Origin: Acutalibacteraceae bacterium
Lineage (GTDB): Bacteria; Bacillota; Clostridia; Oscillospirales; Acutalibacteraceae
Assembly: GCA_045605605.1 (NCBI GenBank)
Contig: JAZUQH010000049.1
Coordinates: 12,799 to 76,798 of the forward strand
Length of the DNA: 64,000 nucleotides
Direction of reading: 5' to 3'
The notes under the pieces are model-generated. The model saw nothing but the letters and a program-made list of their open reading frames with translations, did no database searches and was not told the DNA's origin. A program made the position numbers and the translations under genes. Positions within the stretch are counted from its first letter, which is position 1; every line of letters begins with the position of its first letter. Positions 39,113 to 47,852 of the stretch are shown piece after piece.

Positions 39113-40116
39113 AGTTTCTCCGCCTTTCCTATTTCTTCTTTTAATTCCTCAAAGGATATTTCTGAAAGTGTAAAGCTTCCTATCCTTTCAACCCTTACCG
39201 CCGTAATGCTATCCCCCGATTTTTTCTTATCGTGACTCATAGCATCAATAATTTTTTCTGCCGAAACATTATGACTTATAGGCAGCGATAAGCTATCAAG
39301 CACCTTTAAAAGCCTCTTCCTTACCTCTTCTGAGCACATAGGAAGCATTCCGAGGGCTACACATTCTCCGTGGTAAAGGTTAGGAGAATTCACCTCGATA
39401 GCGTGGCCAACCGTATGGCCGAAATTAAGGGTTTTTCTAAGACCTGATTCCTTTTCATCCTCTTCTACAACCCTTTTCTTTATGTACAAAGAGCGCTCAA
39501 TAATGGTATCAAGGTCCTCTTCGGCTATACCGTCTTCAAAAAGGGAAAACAGTTCGCTATCAAAGGTAAGCGCCATTTTAACGCTTTCGGCAAGTCCGTT
39601 TGAAATCTGCCTTTTCGGTAGCGTTTTTAAAGTATCGGTATCAATAATTACGCACTTAGGGGGATAAAAAGCCCCCACGATATTTTTAACCGAGCAAAAA
39701 TCTATAGCCGTTTTTCCGCCTATGGAGGAATCCACCTGAGAAAGCACAGTGGTGGGAATGTTATAAAAATCAATACCCCTCATAAAGCAGGCGGCGGCAA
39801 AGCCCGCCATATCCCCTGCTACTCCGCCACCTACTGCTACTACGCAGTCGGTACGGGTAAAGCCTTTTTTAACAAGGCTTTCAAGTATTTCCTTAAAGGT
39901 ATCAAAATTCTTAGACTGCTCACCCTCAGGGAAGGTAAATATATATCCTTCTTTGGAGGCGTCGCAAACGGTTTTTGCATATATTTCGGGAACGCCGCTA
40001 TCGGTAACGATAAGCACCTTTCTGTTCAGATTAAGATACTCTCCTACCTTTGATAGCGCACCCTTTTCAAGTATTATGTTGTAACCTGAGGAAGATGTCT
40101 TAACAGGTATAACCAT
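39109..40116 (-). CDS. aroB: 3-dehydroquinate synthase
   Basis: GGGVAGDMAGFAAA and the metal ligands NFGHTVGHAIE are present. Confidence 0.9.
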   Translation of the reverse strand: MVIPVKTSSSGYNIILEKGALSKVGEYLNLNRKVLIVTDSGVPEIYAKTVCDASKEGYIFTFPEGEQSKNFDTFKEILESLVKKGFTRTDCVVAVGGGVAGDMAGFAAACFMRGIDFYNIPTTVLSQVDSSIGGKTAIDFCSVKNIVGAFYPPKCVIIDTDTLKTLPKRQISNGLAESVKMALTFDSELFSLFEDGIAEEDLDTIIERSLYIKKRVVEEDEKESGLRKTLNFGHTVGHAIEVNSPNLYHGECVALGMLPMCSEEVRKRLLKVLDSLSLPISHNVSAEKIIDAMSHDKKKSGDSITAVRVERIGSFTLSEISFEELKEEIGKAEKL

Positions 40117-40125
40117 AAGCTTCTC

Positions 40126-41235
40126 CTAAATTTTAATTTCTTTTTCAAAGCTGCCAACTATTTTTATATTGTTACAGCACTCGCTAAGCTCCTTAAGCAT
40201 TGACTTACCCTCGGGGCTGTTTATATTACCCTCACCCTCGGCGTAGAAGTAATAATCCCATATAAGCTCCTTAGTAGGTCTGCTTTTAAGGGCTTTAAGG
40301 TTAAAGCCGTGGTTACCTATAACCGAAACTGCTCTACCTAATGAGCCTGCGGCATTTTTAACCGTAAAGAGCATTACAAAATGATTATCGTTTTTGCTAA
40401 CCGACTTCTGAGCCTTTGAGAAAACTGCAAAACGGGTTGTGTTTATATTACTCTGATTTATATTTGCTTCAAGTATTTTGAGGCCGAATTCCTCTGCCGC
40501 CTCGGCGCTGCCTATGGCTGCAATACTTAAATCTCCCTTTTCGGCTACCTCTTTAGCGGCTACGGCTGTGTTAACCGCTTCTTTTGCCTCGAAGCCGTGC
40601 TTTTCAATATAAGCGGCGCACTGACCTAAAGCCTGAGGATGACTTAAAACCGTTTTGATACCATCCTTAGTGGCGCCCTTAAGGGCAAGTAAATTCTGTG
40701 TTATCTCGGCATCATAAATTCCGTTTATGTAAAGATTTCCAAAAAAGGAAAGATCCATTACCTTGCCAACATCACCGTTGAAGCTGTTTTCTATGGGAAG
40801 TAAAGCGCAGTCGCACTCCCCCCTGTCAACCGCCTCGTAGGCTTCCTTGAAATCAGAGAAGGGTACGATATTGGCATCGGGGAATATCTTTTTTGCAGCA
40901 AGAGAGGCAAAGGCGCCCTTAACACCGCTATAGGCTACCCGCATACCGTCAAGAAGCCTATGCTGTAAAGCCTTTGATAAATCGATGTTATTTCTTAAAA
41001 ATGAGGTGTAATAGCTTTTATACTCCTCGTTTTTAAGCTCAGCCACATTTTTCTTTATTATTACTTCTTCTCGGGTAAAATCATCCACCGGTATACCGTG
41101 CTCTTTTTTATAGGCGGCTACCAATTTTGCGGCATCCATTCTCTCTTCAAAAAGCCTTGCCATCTCGGCATCCACTTTATTTATAATTTCTCTTGCTTTT
41201 AAAAGGTCATTCATTACTTTGACTATACTCCTCAT
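40126..41235 (-). CDS. pheA: bifunctional chorismate mutase / prephenate dehydratase
   Basis: An N-terminal CM_2 helix region is followed by the PDT domain (TRF..., ESRP-like KSRPTK) and a C-terminal ACT domain. The true start may be the internal ATG at 41214. Confidence 0.85.
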   Translation of the reverse strand: MRSIVKVMNDLLKAREIINKVDAEMARLFEERMDAAKLVAAYKKEHGIPVDDFTREEVIIKKNVAELKNEEYKSYYTSFLRNNIDLSKALQHRLLDGMRVAYSGVKGAFASLAAKKIFPDANIVPFSDFKEAYEAVDRGECDCALLPIENSFNGDVGKVMDLSFFGNLYINGIYDAEITQNLLALKGATKDGIKTVLSHPQALGQCAAYIEKHGFEAKEAVNTAVAAKEVAEKGDLSIAAIGSAEAAEEFGLKILEANINQSNINTTRFAVFSKAQKSVSKNDNHFVMLFTVKNAAGSLGRAVSVIGNHGFNLKALKSRPTKELIWDYYFYAEGEGNINSPEGKSMLKELSECCNNIKIVGSFEKEIKI

Positions 41236-42406
41236 AAAGTTTTTTAAATGCGGGCAGAGAATTTTTTATCTGCTCATATGATACACAGTAGGCTATTCTC
41301 ACATATCCTTCCACGCCGAAGCTATCGCTGGGAACTAAAAGGAGCTCGTGTTTTTTAGCCTTTTCGCAAAATGCCTTTGAATCCTTTTCTAAAGCTTTAA
41401 CGAAAAGATAAAATGCCCCGTCGGGATGCGCCGCAGTATAACCCATATCTTTAAGAGAGCTATACAAAAGCTCACGGTTTTTCTTATATTCTACTATTTC
41501 AGGCTCTAAATCAAGGCACTGGGCCACAGTAAATTGCAAAAGGCTCGGCGCGCAAACAAAGCCTAAGCTTCTTCCTGCACCGCAAACGGCAAAATATATA
41601 TCCTCCCACGCCTTTGATTTGGGACTTACAAGAATATATCCTATTCTTTCTCCGGGAAGAGAAAGGGATTTACTGAAGGAATAGCAAACAATGGTATTAT
41701 CATAAATATTAGGGATAAACACGGGCTTTTTATCAGTGTAAACAAGCTCTCTGTAAGGCTCATCGCTTATGATATAAATATCGTTTCCGAATTTCTCTTG
41801 GTTTTTGTTTAAAAGAGCGGTAAGCTCATTTAATTCTTTTTCGCCGAAGATAACACCCGAAGGATTATTAGGGGAATTTATAATAACTGCCTTTGTATTT
41901 TTATTTATAGCTTTTTCTAAAGCCGATATATCAAGGGCGAAGCTATCCTCTTTGCATTTAACTTCAACTGCTTTAGCCCCTGCATTTGCTATAAAAACCT
42001 TATATTCGGGAAAATAAGGAGCTAAAATAATTATTTCATCTTCTTTGCCCGAAACAATAGCCTTAAGGGATATTGTAAGAGAAGCGGCGGCGCCGCAGGT
42101 CATATAGATATTATCTGCCTCGCACGAAAGCCCGAAACGGCTTTTGATATTTTGGGCGATTTTCTCTCTCACCCTCACATCCCCCTGAGCAGAGGTATAT
42201 CCGTGAAGAAGGGTGGGCGGGGTTTCTTTAATAAGGCGCTGCATAACCTCATTTACCTTATCAGGCGATGGAATGCTCGGATTACCAAGGCTAAAATCGA
42301 AAACGTTATTCTCGCCAATAACTGCCTTTCTCTTACGGGAATATTCAAATATCTGCCTTATAACCGATGGCTCTCTTCCAAGTGACAGCATTTCCTCCGA
42401 AATCAT
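41207..42406 (-). CDS. class I/II pyridoxal-phosphate aminotransferase (aromatic/aspartate type)
   Basis: It has the SFSKSLSLPGERIGY PLP-lysine motif and NPSNPSG-like NSPNNPSG. The start is placed at ATG 42406, behind AAGGGAGGG. The 49 extra codons in the track ORF cover the leader and terminator. Confidence 0.85.
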   Translation of the reverse strand: MISEEMLSLGREPSVIRQIFEYSRKRKAVIGENNVFDFSLGNPSIPSPDKVNEVMQRLIKETPPTLLHGYTSAQGDVRVREKIAQNIKSRFGLSCEADNIYMTCGAAASLTISLKAIVSGKEDEIIILAPYFPEYKVFIANAGAKAVEVKCKEDSFALDISALEKAINKNTKAVIINSPNNPSGVIFGEKELNELTALLNKNQEKFGNDIYIISDEPYRELVYTDKKPVFIPNIYDNTIVCYSFSKSLSLPGERIGYILVSPKSKAWEDIYFAVCGAGRSLGFVCAPSLLQFTVAQCLDLEPEIVEYKKNRELLYSSLKDMGYTAAHPDGAFYLFVKALEKDSKAFCEKAKKHELLLVPSDSFGVEGYVRIAYCVSYEQIKNSLPAFKKLYEEYSQSNE

Positions 42407-42422
42407 TTTAACCCTCCCTTTC

Positions 42423-42470
42423 AAATAAAAAAGCCGCAACTCTATGCAATAAATGCACAAACTGTTGCGG
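42423..42470 (-). terminator. intrinsic terminator inside the aro-operon leader (attenuator)
   Basis: On the minus strand CCGCAAC (42470-42464) pairs with GTTGCGG (42440-42434), with an inner TGCA/TGCA extension. C-TTTTTT-A-TTT follows, 17 nt before the operon RBS. Confidence 0.6.
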
Positions 42471-42491
42471 ACCGTCCCAATTCTATTCCAA

Positions 42492-42566
42492 TTATCTCGC
42501 AGAAGATAAAGAAGAGTCAGGGCAGTCCAAATTAAAGTAATAAAAATACGCATATCTGCTAAACAT
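42492..42566 (-). CDS. candidate 24-aa Tyr/Phe-rich leader peptide MFSRYAYFYYFNLDCPDSSLSSAR
   Basis: On the minus strand the ATG is at 42566. AAGGAG (42582-42577) sits 10 nt upstream and TAA is at 42494-42492. Codons 5-11 are TAT GCG TAT TTT TAT TAC TTT. Confidence 0.4.
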   Translation of the reverse strand: MFSRYAYFYYFNLDCPDSSLSSAR

Positions 42567-42601
42567 TACTTGCCAACTCCTTATATCTTCAAATTTATTA
42601 T

Positions 42602-42630
42602 ATATTACTATCATATATATAATTTGTCAA
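42602..42630 (-). promoter_or_regulatory. sigma-A-type promoter of the aromatic supraoperon
   Basis: On the minus strand TTGACA (42630-42625) is followed by a 17-nt spacer and TAATAT (42607-42602). Confidence 0.5.
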
Positions 42631-42735
42631 GTTTTTTTGCATAAATGCGGGAGTTTTTGATAAACCCCCGCATTTTTTATTGATAAAATAAATAAACCCT
42701 GAGGCTTACCTCAGGGTTATTACTTTTAAATTTTA

Positions 42736-42966
42736 TTATTCCATATGAGCCTGAATATAATCAACTACATCGCCAACGGTTTTAACGTTTTCAATCTCCT
42801 CATCGGGAACCTCAACATCAAACTCATCCTCAATGGACATAAGAAGCTCTACAACATCAAGGCTATCTGCGCCAAGGTCTTCAGCTATCTTTGTTTCAGC
42901 GGTAATAGCCTCTACATCAGCATCGAGCTGTTCTGCAAGAATCTGAGCAATTTTTTCAAATACCAT
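42736..42966 (-). CDS. acpP: acyl carrier protein
   Basis: 76 aa with the [19 protein letters not shown] phosphopantetheine-Ser motif. Confidence 0.92.
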   Translation of the reverse strand: MVFEKIAQILAEQLDADVEAITAETKIAEDLGADSLDVVELLMSIEDEFDVEVPDEEIENVKTVGDVVDYIQAHME

Positions 42967-43126
42967 AAATTTGCCTCCAAATAAAAGATTACACTCAAAT
43001 TGTATGCCGTTTTTTACCGTTTGTCAATATTTTTTTAAAATTTTGATGCCTTTTAATTAAATGGTTGCAAATTTTGGATAAGTAAATTATAATAATTAGG
43101 AATAACTTTTTAATCAGGTGATTATT

Positions 43127-44563
43127 ATGGCTAAAAACGAAAAGATGGTAAAAGAAATAACCTCTATGGAGGAGGACTTTGCTAAATGGTATACCGATGT
43201 TTGTATCAAAGCAGAGCTAATTGATTACGCCTCTGTAAAGGGATGTATGATAATCAGGCCTTACGGCTACGCCATCTGGGAAAACATTCAGAGCATTATG
43301 GACGGCTTCTTTAAAGAAACAGGTCACGAAAACGTTTATATGCCTCTCTTTATTCCCGAAAGCTTACTTCAGAAGGAAAAGGACCACGTGGAAGGCTTTG
43401 CCCCTGAGGTTGCTTGGGTAACCCACGGTGGTGAAGAGAAATTAGAGGAAAGACTTTGTGTGCGTCCTACCTCAGAAACCCTTTTCTGTGACCACTTTAA
43501 AAATATAGTTCACTCCTACCGCGATCTGCCAAAGCTTTATAACCAGTGGTGCAGCGTTGTTCGTTGGGAGAAGACTACACGCCCCTTCCTTCGTTCAAGA
43601 GAATTTTTATGGCAGGAGGGCCATACCCTTCACGCTACAGCCGATGAAGCAAAGGCTGAGACCGAGCAGATGCTTAATATCTATGCAAAATTTGCCGAAG
43701 AGGCTCTCGCAATGCCCGTAGTTAAAGGCAAAAAGACCGATAAGGAGCGTTTTGCAGGTGCTGAGGCTACCTATACTATTGAGGCTCTTATGCACGACGG
43801 TAAGGCTCTACAGAGCGGTACCTCCCACTACTTTGGCGATGGCTTCTCAAGGGCATTTGATGTTGTTTATACAGATAAAGAAAATAAGCCTGTTCATCCT
43901 CATCAGACCTCTTGGGGAACCACCACAAGACTTATCGGCGCGGTTATTATGACTCATGGAGACGACAACGGCTTAGTTCTTCCCCCTGCAATTGCGCCTG
44001 TTCAGACCGTTATTATTCCTATTGCATCTCATAAAGAGGGCGTTACCGAAAAGGCAACTGAGCTTTATGAGCGTCTTAAAAAGGTTTGCAGAGTTAAGCT
44101 TGATACCTCTGACCAGACTCCAGGTTGGAAGTTTGCCGAATACGAAATGAAGGGCGTGCCCCTTCGCCTTGAAATAGGTCCCCGTGATATTGAGAATAAC
44201 TGCTGTGTTATCGCAAGAAGAGATAATTATGAAAAGATAATCGTATCTCTTGATGAGCTTGAAGAAAAAATTCCTGAGCTTTTAAAGGCAGTTCATACCG
44301 ATATGTATAACAAGGCTCTTGAACGCCGCGAAAATATGACCTATGATGCTCACTCACTCGAAGAAATGAAGGAAATAGCCGATAATAAGCCAGGCTTTAT
44401 ACGAGCTATGTGGTGCGGTGACAGAGAGTGCGAGGATAAGCTAAAAGAAGTAGCAGGCGTTACCTCAAGATGTATCCCCTTTGAACAGGAAGCGCTTACC
44501 GATACCTGCGTTTGCTGTGGCAAAAAGGCAGATAAAATGCTTTATTGGGGCAAAGCCTATTAA
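43127..44563 (+). CDS. proS: proline--tRNA ligase (archaeal/eukaryote-like short type)
   Basis: About 478 aa with class II motifs ([18 protein letters not shown], a C-terminal Zn-type CxxC ...YWGKAY). The ATG at 43127 lies behind AGGTG. Confidence 0.9.
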   Translation: MAKNEKMVKEITSMEEDFAKWYTDVCIKAELIDYASVKGCMIIRPYGYAIWENIQSIMDGFFKETGHENVYMPLFIPESLLQKEKDHVEGFAPEVAWVTHGGEEKLEERLCVRPTSETLFCDHFKNIVHSYRDLPKLYNQWCSVVRWEKTTRPFLRSREFLWQEGHTLHATADEAKAETEQMLNIYAKFAEEALAMPVVKGKKTDKERFAGAEATYTIEALMHDGKALQSGTSHYFGDGFSRAFDVVYTDKENKPVHPHQTSWGTTTRLIGAVIMTHGDDNGLVLPPAIAPVQTVIIPIASHKEGVTEKATELYERLKKVCRVKLDTSDQTPGWKFAEYEMKGVPLRLEIGPRDIENNCCVIARRDNYEKIIVSLDELEEKIPELLKAVHTDMYNKALERRENMTYDAHSLEEMKEIADNKPGFIRAMWCGDRECEDKLKEVAGVTSRCIPFEQEALTDTCVCCGKKADKMLYWGKAY

Positions 44564-44596
44564 TTGCATTGTTTTCACAATACGTCTATATATAGC

Positions 44597-44632
44597 AAAA
44601 CACCACCCGAAGTTTTGGGTGGTGTTTTTTTT
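44597..44632. terminator. bidirectional terminator (proS / TRAP permease convergent)
   Basis: CACCACCC-GAAGTTTT-GGGTGGTG, followed by T8 and preceded by an A-run. Confidence 0.8.
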
Positions 44633-44667
44633 AGAAACGCGTGGGGACTTATATCCCTACGGTAAAA

Positions 44668-46623
44668 TCATAAAACGGTTAAAGTCGACTTTTTCTTTTT
44701 TGTAAGCAGCTGAACTATAAGCACTATGCCTACTAATCCTACGCCGATAAGGTCGGTTACCATACCGGGATAAATGAGCAACAGTCCGCCAACGGCGCTT
44801 ACAATTCTCTCATACCAGGACATATTATGCAGGAAATAGCCCTCAAGAGAAGCCGATACCGCAAATATGCCAACACAGGAGGTTATGCAGATTAAGATAA
44901 CCTCAGGCACGGTGGTATTTATAAAGAGCATTGCAGGGTTAAGGGCAAACACATAAGGCACTATAAATGCGCCTATGGCAAGCTTGGTAGCCGTAAAAGC
45001 AGTCTTCATAGGATTTGCCTGAGCAATAGCCGCTCCCGCATAAGCCGCAAGGGCAACGGGGGGAGTTAAATCTGCCACGATACCAAAGTAGAACACAAAG
45101 AAATGAGCCGCAAGGTCGGGTACGCCCATCTTAATTAGTATGGGGGCGCAGGTAGCCGCCATAATGCAGTAGTTTGCAGTGGTAGGAACGCCCATACCAA
45201 GAACGATACAGGTAAGCATTGTTAAGAACAGAGCAATTATTACCTTATCCCCTGCTAAAGCTAAAATGCCGTTGATGAGCATCGTAGCAAGTCCTGTCAT
45301 AGTGATGGTACCTGCAATAATTCCTGCAACACCGCAGGCAACCGCAACGGTAATCATACCCTGACCGCCCGCCGCAAGAGCTTCCCATATACGCTTAGGC
45401 GTAATGCGGTTTTCTTTATTGAATATACCAACCACAATAGCCGCAACAATGGCAATAGCGGCGGCGTAAGCTATGGAGCGTGAGCCTGAGCCTACAAGAG
45501 CAATAAGAATAATAAGGGGAAGCAATAAGTATGACTGCTTAAGGAGTGGTAAAAACCTTGGCAACTCTTCCTTTGTTAAGCCTTTGAGTCCTTCCTTCTT
45601 AGCCTCTAAGTGAACAGTTATGAATACGCCTAAGAAATAAAGACAGGCGGGAAGAATAGCGCGGACAACTATATTACTGTAAGAAACACCAATATTTTCC
45701 GCCATTAAAAATGCGGCGGCGCCCATAATGGGGGGCATTATCTGACCTCCCGTGGAAGCCGAAGCCTCAGCGGCGGCGGCAAATTCAGGCTTATAGCCCG
45801 TTTTCTTCATAAGAGGAATGGTGACCGAGCCTGAGCCTACGGTATTTGCAACCGAGGAGCCTGAAACCATACCTTCAAGAGCGCTTGCCACAACGGCAAC
45901 CTTTGCAGGTCCGCCCGAAAATCCGCCAACTATGGAGTTTGATATTTTAATAAAGAAATCTGCGATGCCCGTTCTTTCAAGAAAAGCTCCGAAGATAATA
46001 AATATTGCAATATATTTAGAACAGGTATTAACGGGGGTTGATAAAATACCTGAAGTAGTGGTGTAGAAGAGCTTGCCAACAAGTCCCTCTATACGCTTTA
46101 GCATATCGGGGTTAGTAAGTCCCCAACCGATAGCATAAACTATGAATGCGCCTGCAACCACAATAATAGGGATACCTACACAGCGGCGGCAAAGCTCTAA
46201 AAGACAAAGTATACCTACAACTCCGATAATAATCTGATGCAGTTCAAATTTATTGCCCTGCTGAATAATGGTTACTGCATCAAAGGTGTAGTAAAAGAAT
46301 GACGAGGAGCCTAAAACCATTAAAATTATATCATACCAAGGCATATAATTGGTTTCCTGCTTACCTTTTTTTGCGGGGTATATAAGATAGCCTATAAGCA
46401 CGATGCTGCCCATAAAGCTTGAAAGTCTTATAGCATCAAGCCAGGTTGCAAAAAAGGTTACGTATATGCAAAACAAGGAAAAAACCGCCAAAATGCAGTT
46501 TATGAACATCTTTGGCTTGCCTTCCCAAATTCGAGTGTTAGATTCTCTGTCAAATTTCTTCATTACGGATTCTAAATCCGTAGGCTCTGCAACAACCGAC
46601 GTTTTCTTTTTTGAAAAAAGCAT
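44668..46623 (-). CDS. TRAP transporter fused permease (TAXI-type)
   Basis: 651 aa with about 16-18 TM segments, located downstream of a TAXI binding-protein gene. Confidence 0.85.
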   Translation of the reverse strand: MLFSKKKTSVVAEPTDLESVMKKFDRESNTRIWEGKPKMFINCILAVFSLFCIYVTFFATWLDAIRLSSFMGSIVLIGYLIYPAKKGKQETNYMPWYDIILMVLGSSSFFYYTFDAVTIIQQGNKFELHQIIIGVVGILCLLELCRRCVGIPIIVVAGAFIVYAIGWGLTNPDMLKRIEGLVGKLFYTTTSGILSTPVNTCSKYIAIFIIFGAFLERTGIADFFIKISNSIVGGFSGGPAKVAVVASALEGMVSGSSVANTVGSGSVTIPLMKKTGYKPEFAAAAEASASTGGQIMPPIMGAAAFLMAENIGVSYSNIVVRAILPACLYFLGVFITVHLEAKKEGLKGLTKEELPRFLPLLKQSYLLLPLIILIALVGSGSRSIAYAAAIAIVAAIVVGIFNKENRITPKRIWEALAAGGQGMITVAVACGVAGIIAGTITMTGLATMLINGILALAGDKVIIALFLTMLTCIVLGMGVPTTANYCIMAATCAPILIKMGVPDLAAHFFVFYFGIVADLTPPVALAAYAGAAIAQANPMKTAFTATKLAIGAFIVPYVFALNPAMLFINTTVPEVILICITSCVGIFAVSASLEGYFLHNMSWYERIVSAVGGLLLIYPGMVTDLIGVGLVGIVLIVQLLTKKKKSTLTVL

Positions 46624-46708
46624 CTAACTCCCACCTTTCAATAAAATATTAAAATAGCTGCGACAGTTTGTGCCGCAGCTATCAACTGTTAGTTTTAAAT
46701 AGGGTAAA

Positions 46709-47665
46709 TTATTTAACTTCTACTTCTATATTCTTTTCGGCAAAATACTTTGCAGCACCTGCGTGGAAAGGAACGGTAAGGCCCTCGGTAGCGTTCTGGA
46801 GGCTAAGCTCAGCGCCTTTAGCGTGTTCCTTAGTTATAGCTTCAATGTTATCAAAGATAGCAGCAGTAAGATTATAAACATCATCCTCACTTGCATCTGC
46901 GCTAACGATTAAGGTTGCCTTAACGGTAACGGTGGCAATTTCTTCGGTCTGATTCTTATAAGTTTCTGCGGGAATCTTATAAACAGAATAGAAGGTGTTA
47001 TCCTTCATAAGCTTTTCAGCAATATCTCCATCAATAGCAACTATGCGGGTGTTAGCATTAGTCATACTAAGCTCGGTAATAGCGGGAGTAGGAGCGCCTG
47101 CAACGATAAATGCGGCATCAATTTTGCCGTCCTTTAATGCGTCTGCGCTCTCATCAAAGTTCTGATACTGAGGCTTGATATCCTTTTCGGTAAGACCTGC
47201 AGCGGCAAGAACGTCAACAGCGTTAAAGTAAACACCTGAACCGGGAGCGCCGATAGAAACCTTCTTACCTTTAAGGTCGCTTACAGACTTGATATCAGGG
47301 TTAACGGTAACAAGCTGAACAGCCTCAGCATAAAGACCTGCTACGGTACGGAAGCTATCAATCTTTCCATCCTCTTTGAAAGAGCGGGTGCCGTTCCAAG
47401 CATAGTGCATAACATCAGACTGAACAGTGCCTAACTGATAGTCACCGCTATCAATGCCCTGAATATTATCCTTTGAACCGCCTGTTGATACAGCGTTAAC
47501 AGTTACGCCTGCTTCGTTAGTAATGTACTGGCCAAAAATACCGCCGTAGGCATAATATGTACCTGTGGGGCTGCCTGTACCCATAGTCATAGTGGTACCG
47601 CCGCCACAAGCCGCAAAGGTGAACATTAAAGCGACAACTAATAAAAGTGATAAAATACGTTTCAT
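46709..47665 (-). CDS. TAXI-family TRAP transporter solute-binding lipoprotein
   Basis: The lipobox is LMFTFAACGG. TGSPTGTYYAYGG and VSTGGSKDN are TAXI hallmarks. Confidence 0.85.
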   Translation of the reverse strand: MKRILSLLLVVALMFTFAACGGGTTMTMGTGSPTGTYYAYGGIFGQYITNEAGVTVNAVSTGGSKDNIQGIDSGDYQLGTVQSDVMHYAWNGTRSFKEDGKIDSFRTVAGLYAEAVQLVTVNPDIKSVSDLKGKKVSIGAPGSGVYFNAVDVLAAAGLTEKDIKPQYQNFDESADALKDGKIDAAFIVAGAPTPAITELSMTNANTRIVAIDGDIAEKLMKDNTFYSVYKIPAETYKNQTEEIATVTVKATLIVSADASEDDVYNLTAAIFDNIEAITKEHAKGAELSLQNATEGLTVPFHAGAAKYFAEKNIEVEVK

Positions 47666-47790
47666 AATATAATCCTCCTCAAAATTTCAAATGCCAAATA
47701 TCAACTTTTAAAATAACGTATATATTATATATGAATTTAGGCTATATTGCAAGAAAAATATGAAATAATTCACTGTCGTGAATTATGAAA

Positions 47791-47820
47791 TTTTCAGCTT
47801 GGGCAAACAAGGGAAATAAA
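47791..47820 (+). repeat. 30-nt direct repeat, copy A (TTTTCAGCTTGGGCAAACAAGGGAAATAAA)
   Basis: 27 of 30 positions are identical to 51812-51841 (TTTTTAGCTTGGGCAGACAAGTGAAATAAA) in the same orientation, 4021 bp apart. Confidence 0.8.
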
Positions 47821-47852
47821 TCTATAAGTTTAAAATGTAATTAAGAACGGTT

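Noticed and set aside
42407-42553. 49-codon N-terminal extension of the aminotransferase ORF (MRIFITLIW...).
   Set aside because: It reads through an intrinsic terminator hairpin and the operon RBS. A conserved aminotransferase N-terminus starts at ATG 42406, behind AAGGGAGGG.
42410-42600. T-box riboswitch in the aro-operon leader. AATTGGGACGGTCCGCA loosely resembles the T-box sequence AATTAGGGTGGTACCGCG.
   Set aside because: The UGGN tRNA-acceptor-binding bulge is not conserved. No downstream CCC partner exists to form the antiterminator. The leader, at about 190 nt, lacks Stem I elements (K-turn/GA motif, specifier loop, AG bulge, distal loop). A covariance-model scan would settle it.
42643-42675. 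Hairpin ATGCGGG...CCCGCAT with a T-run on the plus strand, considered as a terminator for an unannotated plus-strand gene.
   Set aside because: No plus-strand ORF or promoter lies upstream. It sits just downstream of the acpP terminator (about 42697-42722) and is most simply a second, bidirectional stem of the same termination region.
42967-43126. T-box leaders upstream of proS (42967-43126) and trpS (60151-60338).
   Set aside because: Both leaders are short, extremely AT-rich and lack a T-box sequence or terminator. Only promoter-like hexamers are visible.
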